From Octopus sinensis (taxonomy: Eukaryota), in contig NC_043006.1 in assembly GCF_006345805.1 (NCBI RefSeq), positions 51,584,001 through 51,648,000 of the forward strand: a DNA stretch of 64,000 nt. The letters are read 5' to 3'. The first letter of the stretch is position 1. Each line of letters begins with the position of its first letter. The position numbers and the translations under genes are program-made. The notes below the pieces were generated by a model. It ran no database searches, had not been told where the DNA came from, and was given only the letters and a program-made list of their open reading frames with translations. Shown here piece by piece: positions 26,801-37,721 of this stretch.

Positions 26801-29800
26801 GTCTGGTATTGGGATTTATGGTACTGGTCACTATGTGTGTTTGTGTGATGGTCCCAAATGCATCTTTGATATTGGGACTGTGTGTGTCTGGAACACTGTG
26901 AATATATCTGGAGTATCTGGTATTTATAAGACTATTTTAAGTGTGTGATCATCCCAAATAGTCATGTGATCCTGGGGCCATATGTGTATATAGTTGTCAT
27001 TAATATATCTGTAGTACTGGAACTGTATATGTGTAGTGTTTGTCTCCAGTGCTGGGACTGTAATATATATTACTGTCCAACCTTGTCCATTTTGATGTTT
27101 GACCAAGAATAATTAACAACAAAAATAATATCATAAACAAAATCTATAAAAAAGATACAAGTTGTTAAAAATCAAAGGTGAATCTGTCTATATCTTGAAT
27201 ACTGATTATTTAGCCAGGATCATGCACGGTAGACTTACCTGTACAGTATTCGTGAGAGTCTTTCACAATGGAAAAGTAGGCAGACAACTTTTCAATTGTG
27301 AAGTCTTCATCCCTTGCATATTGTAGTGTATATGTATATAAGCTGAGCAGAATTGCTTCTCTGAGATCTTCTACATTGGTAAGATTGAAGATTTCAGCAA
27401 GGATACTAAAACCACACAGAAAGCAGAATTGAAGAAGAAAATATTATTAAAATAACTTTGAAAAGAAATTTTATAATCTCAAAAATATATCTCTAGTTCT
27501 ATTTGGAGTTTACTAACTAACAGCGTTATGAAGTCTCTTGCAGAGTAACATTATTTTATTTTATTCAGATGCATTTATGATCTAAGAGTCTTAAGAGAAT
27601 TTTCTAGAAATGGTATAAAATGTAAACAATGTATGGTTGGGTATAGAAATTATGTCAGACTCAGTTTATGAAGGAAAGTTTTTTGGAACAATTTAGGATT
27701 GAAAGAATTTCAACTGTTTAAACCTTTTGATACAAACCCATTTGTGCCTGTTGTTGGTGCAATGATACTATATGGTCTGTTTAACACTGTTTATATCTAA
27801 ATTAAATTCTTCTGTCATAATTTTATGTAATAAGCTTTTGTTATGTTTCAAATATCAGTTTAATAATGGAGAAATTAGTTAAGTTCAACAAAAGAAACAG
27901 TAAGTTCAACAGATAACATGAATGTGTATACAACTTGGTGTAGTTCACTGGTTCATGAAAAGTAGAGTTACTGTTGTTTAGCCTCAACTCAGAGTTTATC
28001 AAACAGACATATGTTCACAAATGTTCCAGTTATGAACATCCTGCCTTTTATTCAGACAGTGTATCTAGGATTACATTACCCAATGTGCCTCCTCATTATT
28101 TCAGACTTGAGGCATGATTTGAGAAAGATTTGGTTACTATTTAAAGCAAGTCAGTGAGTGTATAAAGGCTCCTTCATCAGCTTACACACAGATGTTCCTT
28201 TGTTGGCCCATGTAAATTACAGTTTATTATAGCATAATTATAATTAGATAGCAATGATGGAAGTAGAAATATTTTGTATAATTCAGAAAGGCTCACATTA
28301 TTTAGATGAGCTTAAGGTGGAAAGTTTGTGGAATTGTTAGCAGACCAGGCAAAATGCTTAGCAGCATTTTGTGTGTCTTCACATTCTGAGTTTAAATTCC
28401 ATTGAGGTTGACTTTATCTTTCATTCTTTCAGGTTGATAAAATAATTACCAGTCAAGTAGTTAGGTCAATGTAATTGAATAGGCCCCTCCTACAAAATTT
28501 AAGGCCTTGTGCCTATAGTAGAAAGGATTATTTAGGTGAGCTGGCAGAATTGTTGTAAAATAGAACAAAATGCTTAGAGGAGTATCTTCCAGCTCTTTAT
28601 GTTCTGAGTTCAAATCCAGCAGAGGTGAACTTCGCCTTTCATCCTATCAAGGTTGATAAAATAAGTACCAGTCAAGTACTGGAGCCCATTAATTGGCTTG
28701 CCCCTTCTCAAAATTGTTGTTCTTGTGGCAAAACTTGAAACCATTGTTTATAGATACTAAAGCAACCCCATCTTGTTACACTAGGATTACACAACGTAAC
28801 AATTTTCAAAAAAAAAATGTTTATTATATCTTTTTATTGTTTATCAATCCATTTTTCCTGCTGATTCCAAAAATGAAATTATTTTTTGTGTATCATCAAC
28901 AGTTAAGAAAATATGTCGACTTTCAATATTATTATGTATTTAGTATTGTTATAATGTTCCGCTACTAAATGTATGTCTAATTTTCTCTTTCAGACCAATT
29001 ACTAAGTTCTGCTGCTTTCAGGATGGCTACTAGAGTATGTAAAAATTCTCCAGATATATTTTGCTATGTGTGTAGTTATTATATTGGAAAAAAGCAGGTA
29101 TTACATAAGATTGTGAAAGGTGCCAAATTGTGGATAGGGTACAGACTATTTCAGAATGCCCATGGGTGACTAGGACAAACCATGGGCCCCACATGTGATA
29201 TGTGGAAACTGTCAGTGGGACTGAACCTGGAACCATGTGGTTCGCAAGCAAGTTACTTACCACACAGCCACAAGAGTTAGAGAGCAATGATGGAAACAGA
29301 AATATTCTCATGTAGAAATGACTTGTTTAAAGGAATGAATAAAAGAAATCCTTATTACTAAAAAAGGAATCATTAGTACTGACACTAATAAGGAAGTGAG
29401 GTAGCAGAATCAGTAGTAAGCTGAACAAAATGCTTAGTGGCATTTCTTCTAGCACTTTATGTTCTGAGTTCAAATACTGCTGAGGTTGACTTTATCTTTC
29501 AGCCTTTTGAGGTTGAGAAAGGAAGTACCAGTTGAGTGCTGGGGTTGATGCAATTTACTAGCTCCAATCACTGCAAAGTTGCTGGCCTTGTGCCTATAGT
29601 AGAAAGAATTATTATGGATATCAAAGCAGCTCCTCTTTAAACTGAAAACTATGAAATACTGAGATGAAACAATATGCCAAGATGAATCTGCAGAAATGCC
29701 AATATGATGAGATATAATTTTCAACAGTGGCTCTGTGGTAAGTAGCTTGCTTGCGAACCACATGGTTCTGGGTTCAGTCCCACTGTGTGACACCTTGGGC

Positions 29801-29882
29801 AAGTGTCTTCTACTATAGCCTCAGGCCGACCAAAGCCTTGTGAGTGGATTTGGTAGACGGAAACTGAAAGAAGCCCATTGTA

Positions 29883-29963
<81 letters not shown>

Positions 29964-32900
29964 GTGTGTGTATATGTTTGTGTGTCTGTGTTTGTCCTCC
30001 CAACATCGCTTGACAACCGATGCTGGTGTGTTTACATTCCCCCGTAACTTAGCGGTTCGGCAAAAGAGGCCAATAGAATAAGTACTAGGCTTACAAAGAA
30101 TAAGTCCTGGAGTTGATTTGCTCGATCAACTAAAGGGGGTGCTCCAGCATGGCCACAGTCAAATGACTGAAACAAGTAAAAGAGTAACAGATACTTACAC
30201 TTTCACATTTTGCAGTGTTAGGGCATCCTTAAGTGCTTGTGATTGGTCTGGGTCCAAGTGTTTCCTGTAGTTATTTCATTATAAACAACAAAAGACAAAT
30301 ATATTATTCAACAATCTTCAAACCATTTCACTTTCATATGAATTTTTTTCTATAAAACTAAATTCTCTATTTAAATATTATTTGAATAAATTTTGAAGGT
30401 AATATATTTTTTTTATATAAATTACTTCTAAATCTTTAAGTATGACAACTTATTTCTTCTGAATTGTAGTGGCATAAAGGGAGTCAAATCAGAAGGTGTT
30501 GTGGTGTTCATTCACATACCAAGATTATCAACAGAAATTTATTCGTCAAATCTATTTCAGATACATACTTAATGCTGTCCTGTTAAATGTAGAGGTAGAT
30601 TTTGTAGGATGTATGTTCAGAGATATTCTAAACACTTAACATTAATTTTAATTATAGAAAAAAAATTGCAACTTAACTTAATGGAAGTTAAATGTAACAA
30701 AAGTTAATTAGTCCAATAATGATTTCCAAAGTTAACTTAAAAGTTAAATCATTAACGAATGTTAACTTCATTAATTAATGATTAACAGATTAACAGTTTG
30801 GTACCCAGGTTTGTTTTTAAAGGTGTTTTTAGGTGGTTTTAGAGCAAAAACTTATTTTTTGTTTTTTTTTATTATAAAAATTAATGTTAAGGGTTTATTG
30901 ATAACTTACGTTACATTTCTAAAGAATTAACTGATTAACGGTTATCAAAATTAACTTTTTGGTTAATGGATTAATGGTTAATGAAGTTAATGTTTTGATT
31001 AACGGTGCCCACCTTTGTAAATAAATACATATGAACATACATGTATACATACATATGTACATCCATCCATACATAGATGACTTGAAGATTTATGCTAGAA
31101 TCTTTTACAATGCCAAAAAGAAAAACAGCATGACTTAACATTTTCAGCTGACATAGGAATGAGTGTGGACTTGTAGGTGTTAGTGATGATGCTTAGTATG
31201 ATGGTGATAATAGATTGGCGATAGGTACCTCCGTAGAAAGACAAATGACCAACTGTCAGAAAGATGATGAGGAAGCTTCAAAGGGAAAGACATCACAAAC
31301 GTGCCTGTGCATGCAACCTTCACCCTTCTCACATGCACAAAAGTACTGATGATAAATAAATACATACCAACCACATGGTTCTGGGCTCAGTCCCACTGCG
31401 TGGTACCTTAGGCAAGTGTCTGCTACTATAGCCTCGGGCCGACCAAAGCCTTGTGAGTATATTTGGTAAACGGAAACTAAAAGAAGCCCGTTGTATATAT
31501 ATGTATATGTATGTGTGTGTATATGTTTGTGTGTCTGTGTTTGTCTCCCCAACATCGCTTGACAACCGATGCTGGTGTGTTTACATCCCCATAACTTAGC
31601 GGTTTCAGCAAAAAAGACTGATAGCATAAGTACTAGGCTTACAAAGAATAAGTCCTGGGGTTGATTAGCGCGAGTAAAGGTGGTGTTCCATAATGGCCGC
31701 AATCAAATGACTGAAACAAGTAAAAGAGAGTAAAGGTTGGTAATAGTATCAATTGTGATGGTAATAACTAATGGCAGGAGTGAAAAATAGCGGTTATGTT
31801 GGTGGTGATGATACTGAAAATAAAATAATAAAAATATGTGTATGCATTTGTGAATATAATTTTTAAAAAAATTTTCATCTAAAAATGTTTCTCATTTGCA
31901 TCACATGGATCCCACAAGAGGCTGAACCTAATGAATTTGTCCCCACTACCACTGGTTACACTTGTGGGTGTTGTGACAGTGTGTATTGGCATTTTAGTGT
32001 CTGTGTGTTTTGTTGTAGCGAGAGTGTGTTTTGTCGTATGTATTACTGTTGTTGTGATGTATGTACTGGTGGATGTTGTATTTTGTTGGTGTAATATCTG
32101 TCTATTGGTCTTGGTCAAGTAATGACTGTGTGCATTAGTGATGTAGGGGCTGTTTATGAGTGTTGTAGTGGATGCGTGTATTGTTGCTATAGTTGTGCTC
32201 CGGTTAGTATATAGGTGATGTGTATGGGTAGTTGGTGTGGTAGCTATGTTTTCCTGCATTGTTGATGTCTTTAGATGTAACTGAGGTGTTACTATGACAG
32301 TCTGTTTGGTTAGAGTAATAGAACCTTTTTAGAATTAGATGCTGATATCATCTTACTTACCAAAGTACTATCTTGATCCCCAGTTTTGGAGGCTAGAGAA
32401 AAAGAAATAATTAATGTATTATTTTAATTATTTGAGTATCTAAGAATAACGTTTCAGAGATGACATTTATAAATAACATGCATATGGATGAAGACGGCTG
32501 AATAAAGAAGCTCTAATTGTGGAGGGTACCTGTGGAAGGGGTAGATCCAGAAAGACATGGGATGAAGTGGTGAGAAAGGATCTTCAGATGCTGGGCCTCA
32601 CAGAGGAAATGACAAGGGACCGGGAAATGTAGTGATTTGCTGTACTTGATAAGACACCTCAAGCTAAGTAAAATTGTTGTCTTACACACATACAAGCTTG
32701 TCCTTTCAGATACTGGTGCCACATAAAAAGCATCTGTGCTGGTGCTGCATAAATGTACCTGTGCTGGTGCTGCATAAATGCCCCCATACTGCTGACACAT
32801 AAACAGCATCCAGCGCACTGTTGAGTGGTTGGCATTAGGAAGGGCATCCAGTCACAGGAACTGTGGTACAACAGACAATTGGAGTCTGGGCAGCTCCCAG

Positions 32901-35576
32901 TTGGCCAGCTTCATGACAAACCATCCAACCCATGCCAGCATGGATAGTGGATGTTAAACAAAGATGATGATGATGATGATGATTTTAATAATGTATTTAG
33001 AGGAAGAATGACAACATTCATCCATGTACCTTCTCATTGATACAATAAACATCTGCATGTTGATAAAGAAAATATAGGTTTGTAGTAGAAGGATTGACTG
33101 AAATTATCTAGTGTGATTAGTATTAGTGGAGAGAAATGTAATATGAATAATGACAGACGGATGATCATTGCTACATAATCTGTCAGTTCAGAGACATAAA
33201 CTATATCCTGATGGAGGACAGAAATGGAACAGTTATCACATCTAAGGTCTGTTAGCTGTAACCTACTGGTAAGTGAATCTTTCTTAATCTGTCTGATGAA
33301 CTAATATGATGAAAATACGGGGGGGGGGCTGAAAAGTTCCGGGCTTTGGATTGTTAACTATGATTTTATTCGACATATTCCCCTCTCAAATTCACACAGT
33401 TATTGCAGCAGTCCTTCAATTTTTCTAAGCCCTCTAGAAGAACTCAGATGGTTGGGCCTCCAATCAGGCCTTTTGCAATACTCATAAGGTCAGAAACTTT
33501 TCAGCAACCCCTCATATGTGCATGCTTGTAGACACAAATACATATACCATTTATATGAATCTCAATATCAGCAGTAATATTATGACATTCATGCTTTCTT
33601 AGTCATCAGCAAAGTTAACCATTATTATCAAGAATCACAATGTATCATTCATAATACCAATATTCCAAGAATTAACAAATATTCTAATATAGTTGACAGC
33701 AACAAAGGTGAAACAGCTATCAGTCTGAGGGAAATTCATTCATTGCAATAGATTTTTACATTGGCATAATGCCAAAATTTTATAAAGAGTGAGCTGAATA
33801 CTTAAATGATTGATAAACAATACACTATTGGTGTTTAACTTGTTGACTCCTGGATTGATGAAGATGGATGAATGTAATGAGACAAAACTAGACACTACAG
33901 GGCTGGCAAAGACTCTGGTGAATTTTTACCTACACTGTGTTATGAAGGAATAATAATAATACTTTCTAATATAGGCACAAGGTCTGAAATGTTGGGGAAG
34001 GGTATACTCAATTACATCAACCACAGTGCTCAACTGGTACTTATTTTATCGACCACAAAAAGAAAGAAAGACGAAATAAACCTTGGTGGAATTTGAACTC
34101 AAAAGAAAGATGCCACTGGGCATTTTATCCAGTGTGCTAATGATTCTGCCAGCTTGCTGCTTTAATATTAATAATTCTTTCTACAATGGGCTCAAAGCAT
34201 GAAATTTTTTGGGGGAGGGGGCTAGTCAGTTATTTTGACCTTGGTGCTCAATTGGTACTTGTTTTATTGACCCTGAAAGGAGAAATGACAAAGTGGATCT
34301 CAGAGGAATTTGAACTCAGAATGTAAAGATGGACAAAATGCTGCTAAGCATTCTGCCTGCTTCTTCTTCTTAATAATAATAATAATAATAATGGTATAAA
34401 AGATGGGCTACAGTAAATATTCTGCTCAATATCACAGATTTGCTTGTCAGTTGTTAGACCTTAATCAGCTGAGCATGTCCCTTAGTGGCTGACGATATGT
34501 GTATCTCTGATCATGAACAGTAGTAGTGGGTGGGGGAGGGCATCATAGCCGTGTGTTGAAAGGAATTTTTGGAGGTTTGGATAATTCACCTTTGGAAACA
34601 TGGGTGGTTCGTTCAACATCCTTAAACAACCCTTATTCAAGGACCTTTTGAGCGGGATGGGCTACTCGACCAGAAGAAAATTCTAACAGGGCCCCACCTG
34701 CAAGGTCATGTGCCTGTTTATCTCGATATGAGATCACCATGTCGCACACATATGGTTGTGATGCATGTGCCTGGTGTACCCTTATCAGACGGGTAGTCAT
34801 GATGGGTATACTGCGCTTTGTATATTTTACCCCAGTGTCACTTTGATGGCATGCACTGCTCTCTCACTCAATAATAATAATCCTTTCTACTCATGGCTCA
34901 AGGCCTGAAAACCTGAAGGAGGGTTAGTTGATTACACTGACCCCAGTGTTCAAATGGCACATATTTTATTGACCCTGAAAGGATGAAAGGCAAATTCAAC
35001 CTCAGTGGTGGGGGGGGGGGTAAGTTAAAATAAATCAAATCTTCAAATTTATTTTTCATAAGAATGACGTCTACCGTCATTTCCGAGTCCGTGGTCAAAA
35101 AGAATTGCGAAAATTCCCGTCAAAACGGAGAAAATCCAACTTTTGTGGGGTAGGCTTCCTAATCTGAAATTCCACTCTTTTGACTTTTGACTAGAAATTG
35201 TGCATATGAAGACGACGATGACGATGATGATTTCAAACTATGAAAATTGTTTTGTTCTTAAACTAAATGTTACCTTGCTCCTATTTTTAGAAGGAGACCT
35301 GTTTACTGTGTCGAGAACTATGAATGGTAACCGGCACCTGTACACGTCGTTGCTATATACGCATCACTCTCAGAACTGGTGGTAATGGAAAGATCTGTGT
35401 AAAGATAATTGCTGTTCTTGTTTATCACCTGATCGGGTAGGCCTATATACCTCAAGTTCTTTCAATATCAATTAATCTTTTTGTATTCCTCACAGCAACT
35501 AACTTATGACACCTGATGAAATTTTTGTACTTACGAATATTCGTTGCAAAGTCGCAAGTTTTTTCCAGCGAATCAT
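6380..35576 (-). CDS. CFAP119: CFAP119/CCDC189-family (CLAMP / C1a-32 domain) axonemal protein, copy A, complete; join(35576..35535, 32392..32361, 30264..30199, 27405..27239, 24173..24103, 18525..18409, 16629..16572, 8194..8105, 6567..6380)
   Basis: Nine GT-AG exons with compatible phases sum to 831 nt (276 aa + TAA). The translation [14 protein letters not shown]|[11 protein letters not shown]|KHLDPDQ...ILAEIF...AILLSLYTY...[24 protein letters not shown]|CPPHSAELF...[17 protein letters not shown]|VQLDL...[13 protein letters not shown] matches the CFAP119 motifs I recall (PRICxWKxLD, [28 protein letters not shown]-terminal coiled coil). Confidence 0.92.
8105..8194 (-). CDS. CFAP119: CFAP119 copy A exon 8
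   Basis: 90 nt, ttttcaaag/GTTTGT; phase 1-1; acidic linker. Confidence 0.85.
8470..8928. mobile_element. Degenerate MITE with imperfect long TIRs
   Basis: GAATTCTGCTTTACACAAAGCATATAAC...TTTGCAAATTTGTGTTC is mirrored at 8857-8928. Confidence 0.7.
9305..10578 (-). mobile_element. Full-length decayed mariner element (Mos1/Hsmar-like)
   Basis: TIR TTGGGTCATCCCATAAATAATGCA at both ends, TA flanks, about 1.27 kb; ORF 10033..10395 encodes the HTH N-terminus ([16 protein letters not shown]). Confidence 0.93.
10714..10758 (-). ncRNA. Identical hammerhead motif in the inverted PLE copy
   Basis: Exact reverse complement of 12928-12972. Confidence 0.7.
12928..12972 (+). ncRNA. Minimal type-I hammerhead motif (A9C variant) in the PLE terminal repeat
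   Basis: GGACCA-CTGATGC-G-GTCACA(GGAG)TGTGAC-GAAA-G(AA)C-T-T-TGGCC. Confidence 0.7.
13940..14225 (-). mobile_element. RTE-LINE 3'-tail family B with (ATG)n tail
   Basis: (CAT)n + TTAACGTC..CCATGCTAGCATGGGTTGG... Same family at 13437, 14370, 26380, 32490, 53545, 55830 and 59130. Confidence 0.8.
14885..15280 (-). mobile_element. SINE family A
   Basis: Full head-to-tail match to the other copies. Confidence 0.9.
15762..16140 (+). mobile_element. SINE family A
   Basis: Inverted relative to 14885-15280, about 480 bp away. Confidence 0.9.
16572..16629 (-). CDS. CFAP119: CFAP119 copy A exon 7
   Basis: 58 nt, cag/GTAAGT; [19 protein letters not shown]. Confidence 0.93.
17039..17606 (+). mobile_element. 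Retroelement ORF1/gag-like relic with decayed CCHC knuckle
   Basis: [14 protein letters not shown] resembles C-x2-C-x4-H-x4-C followed by a charged tail; absent from the paralogous intron of copy B. Confidence 0.5.
18409..18525 (-). CDS. CFAP119: CFAP119 copy A exon 6
   Basis: 117 nt; contains the signature [17 protein letters not shown]. Confidence 0.95.
19511..19855 (+). mobile_element. tRNA-derived SINE (second family) with an altered 3' end
   Basis: TGGCTCAGTGG A-box, decayed B-box, TTGCTCCAATTCACTCAGCTG core; a related partial copy lies near 61850-62160. Confidence 0.8.
20040..20255 (-). mobile_element. Penelope-type terminal fragment between (TA)n tracts, with hammerhead motif at 20140-20174
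   Basis: Minus: GTTT-CTGACAA-A-GAGC(TCT)GCTT-GAAA-CG-TA-AAAC (G8A substitution). Confidence 0.7.
20269..21153 (+). mobile_element. Internally deleted mariner with about 150-bp TIRs
   Basis: TA-TGAGGTCTGATCAATAAGTATC...GATACTAATTAATCAGACCACA-TA; transposase piece [22 protein letters not shown]. Confidence 0.88.
21434..21645. repeat. Fold-back Penelope-type fragment (88-bp arms, about 90% identical) with hammerhead motif at 21473-21533 (-)
   Basis: Arms 21434-21521 and 21558-21645. Minus: GATAA-CTGAAGA-[GATG...CATCC]-GAAA-CTCGGAA-T-T-TTATC. Confidence 0.8.
21708..22984 (+). mobile_element. Full-length decayed Tc1-like transposon
   Basis: TIR C(A/T)GACATGCAGGAA...GACACCTTTAATTTTCAAAAT; transposase [44 protein letters not shown] with stops. 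Confidence 0.92.
23440..23926 (+). mobile_element. IS630-Tc1-mariner transposase C-terminal fragment (maT/DD37D-like)
   Basis: [53 protein letters not shown]. Confidence 0.8.
24103..24173 (-). CDS. CFAP119: CFAP119 copy A exon 5
   Basis: 71 nt, ttttcag/GTAAGT; (E)[23 protein letters not shown]. Confidence 0.93.
24850..25280 (+). mobile_element. Ty3/gypsy gag relic (double zinc knuckle)
   Basis: 25061-25170 reads [34 protein letters not shown]. Confidence 0.75.
25344..26340. repeat. About 1-kb element bounded by about 160-bp inverted repeats
   Basis: 25344-25503 is the reverse complement of about 26181-26340 (outer 100 bp about 90% identical); microsatellite-rich interior. Confidence 0.75.
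27239..27405 (-). CDS. CFAP119: CFAP119 copy A exon 4
   Basis: 167 nt, tag/GTAAGT; [10 protein letters not shown]...HEYCT. Confidence 0.93.
29726..30187 (+). mobile_element. SINE family A inserted about 12 nt from the exon-3 donor of copy A
   Basis: Absent at the paralogous site (63500-63519); AACAG flanks both sides. Confidence 0.9.
30199..30264 (-). CDS. CFAP119: CFAP119 copy A exon 3
   Basis: 66 nt, cag/GTAAGT; paralogous to 63520..63585. Confidence 0.92.
31365..31732 (+). mobile_element. SINE family A (5' truncated)
   Basis: Matches the family consensus. Confidence 0.88.
32361..32392 (-). CDS. CFAP119: CFAP119 copy A exon 2 ([10 protein letters not shown]+W)
   Basis: tttctttttctctag acceptor and GTAAGT donor; TG|G completes the conserved W before KHLD. 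Confidence 0.85.
32490..32985 (+). mobile_element. RTE LINE 3' end (ORF end, 3' UTR, (GAT)n tail)
   Basis: [30 protein letters not shown] followed by the family-B UTR. Confidence 0.88.
33318..33514. mobile_element. Mariner-derived MITE
   Basis: TA-CGGGGG..GCTGAAAAGTTCC ... AACTTTTCAGCAACCCCTCA-TA. Confidence 0.8.
34393..34880. mobile_element. About 480-bp interspersed retro-repeat flanked by (AAT)n
   Basis: A homologous fragment lies at 18850-18950 in the opposite orientation. Confidence 0.6.
35535..35576 (-). CDS. CFAP119: CFAP119 copy A exon 1 ([14 protein letters not shown])
   Basis: ATG preceded by an in-frame TAA; GTAAGT donor; phase 0 fits exon 2; lies in a CpG-retaining region. Homology support is weak. 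Confidence 0.62.
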
Positions 35577-35599
35577 CGTTTACACTTTAAAACGAACAA

Positions 35600-35656
35600 C
35601 GCTTTTATATATTGGGTTACAAAGTTATTTCCCTTACATTTGTTGCTATTAACAAC
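35600..35656 (-). promoter_or_regulatory. Candidate TATA box and RFX X-box upstream of CFAP119 copy A
   Basis: Minus strand reads GTTGTTAATAGCAAC (35656-35642; one perfect RGYAAC half-site) and TATATAAAAG (about 35612-35603), 27-80 nt upstream of the ATG. RFX X-boxes are typical of ciliary genes. Confidence 0.4.
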
Positions 35657-35675
35657 AAAGCGTTCCACATACCAA

Positions 35676-35885
35676 CCCTTTCGTTACCAACCCGGCTCTG
35701 GCTCTGAGTTCAAATATCTTATTTTCATAAGTTTTGACTTAAAATCTTCCATCAAACCTTAGTCACAATTTATGTTTGTAACACTCGCTTAATGATAACT
35801 AAGTTATTTTACTAAATTCTTTATTATATTTAAAGTAATTGAAAGAAACACAGAGCATCTCAAAATAAATACAGTAACGAAAGGG
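35676..35885. mobile_element. piggyBac-like MITE
   Basis: TIR CCCTTTCGTTAC / GTAACGAAAGGG; a second copy at 36361-37034 has TTAA flanks. Confidence 0.8.
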
Positions 35886-36360
35886 TTGCAATTAGAACCA
35901 TTTTAAGTCGTCGTCCTCGTGGTCGTCATTGTTGTCGCTGCCGCCGCCACCACCACGGTGATGAACGGAACAACTTTCACTAGCTGTAAAATGGCTGAGG
36001 CAGCGACTGATCCATCGTATGCAGCAGTAACGAGGACTGGGAATGGCGAGCGGCAGCTATACATGTCACCGTCTCTCTGAGAGACAGTGGATATGAAAAC
36101 AATTTGGACAAAGATAGTTTTCTTGTCTAGCCTCTCTGATATGGCAGACCTATGATGAAAGACATTCCAGACATGACCATACAGTCTTTTCTTACGTATA
36201 GAGAAGCCAGGGCAACATTGTTCATCATGCCCTTCTTTTTTCAAGATAGTAGGGTGTGACTTGAAGAAGATTTGGCTACTGTTTCTAAAAACAAAACAAA
36301 ACAAAAACAAAAACGAACGACTAAGTAGAGACTCCCTTGTAGACTGGTGAAGTGTCCTTT

Positions 36361-37034
36361 AACCCTTTTGTTACCGTATTTATTTTGAGATGCTCTGTGT
36401 TTCTTTGAATTACTTTAAATATATATGGCTGAAGTGGGAAGACCAAAAATAACATCACTAGGTGAGACAAGCTGACACTGAATTAGATTCGCTGATTGAC
36501 AGGTGACGGTCTCGGTTAGAGAACGCTTGGGCTAAGACTACACGCCTTCATTGGTCAGTTAAAGTTGAGACAATGTCACGTGACAACTTGCTGGGGCTGC
36601 CTGCTGGAGCCTAACAGCAGGTATTTAAAGGGAACAAAATTTGACAAGGCAGTCAGTCGCCCGCTGACACTCGTTGACGCTACATTGAAGAAGCCAGGAA
36701 ACAGAAGGAAGAAGACATGCACCCAACACCAGAGCTGAAGGCACCTCCGAAAGGGGGTGCTCTGCCACGTCAAAATGGTAGAGGAGTAGGGGCCGAAACC
36801 GGATGTGGTTCCTCCTGATGATGTTTTGAGCTATCTGGATCCTATAAAGGAGCTGTTGTGGTAGCAGACCACGAAACACAGTTGAAATTCCCCCACTCGG
36901 TTATCATTTAGCTAGAGTTAGGAACAAATTGTGACTATGGTTTGGTGGAAGATTTTAATTCAAAACTTATGAAAACAGGACATTTGTACTCAGAGCCAGA
37001 ACCAGTTTCAGCTGGGTTCGTAATGAAAGGGTTA
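36361..37034. mobile_element. piggyBac-like MITE interrupted by a 470-bp LTR-like insert (about 36422-36890)
   Basis: TTAA-CCCTT...AAGGG-TTAA; both halves align to 35676-35885 in reverse. Confidence 0.75.
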
Positions 37035-37721
37035 AGCCTGTGACAATGAATTTGTCTGGTAAACCTTAATGGTATTACTTTGCATGTCAAGTTTCACCCT
37101 CTCCTTTTGTATATATGAAGAAAAAAACAAAAACCGAAACAGACTTCAACTCATATAAGAAGGTAATAAAAGATGTTACAGTATACCATCGGTTTGTCTA
37201 TTGAATATATTTCTTTCTTTTGATACCATATTTCTGTTGAATATACTACATTGGTTTCAATTAATTTTTTTGAAATGATGACTTTAGTAAAATAACTGCC
37301 ATTATTAAACTGGAGTTGGGGGGGGGGGAATTTTGGAGGAAAGTTTTAATTTAGATAATATTAAAACAGGAAATTAGACCCATGGAACAAGGGGCCAGTT
37401 ACATGTAGGATGGTATCAAAAGGATTTCAAAAATTTCTTAGAAACCACAAAGAAACAACACAGAAGTCACATGGAAAATCATACAAAACCATTACATAAA
37501 GAGAGAAAAAAGAACTATTGACCAGTACTATATTTATTGGGCCTAAAGAGATGAAAAACAAAAAATTGAACACAATTTGATTTTAGCTTAAGAGTATAGA
37601 TTATCCAATGATATTTTGGTGGAGTGATATACTGTTTTATTACAGCTGAAAGAATCTTCAAACAGACAGTTGTGATAATATTGAGTCTCTCTGTCTGTCT
37701 GTCTGTCTCTCTCTCTATATA

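Noticed and set aside
35903-36310. 135-aa minus-strand ORF upstream of exon 1
   Set aside because: No recognisable homology; the 5' part is an old dispersed repeat and the 3' part is a (GAC/GGC) simple repeat.
36720-36875. Hammerhead in the LTR-like insert
   Set aside because: CTGAAG/CTGATGA and GAAAC words occur, but stems I and II cannot be closed consistently.
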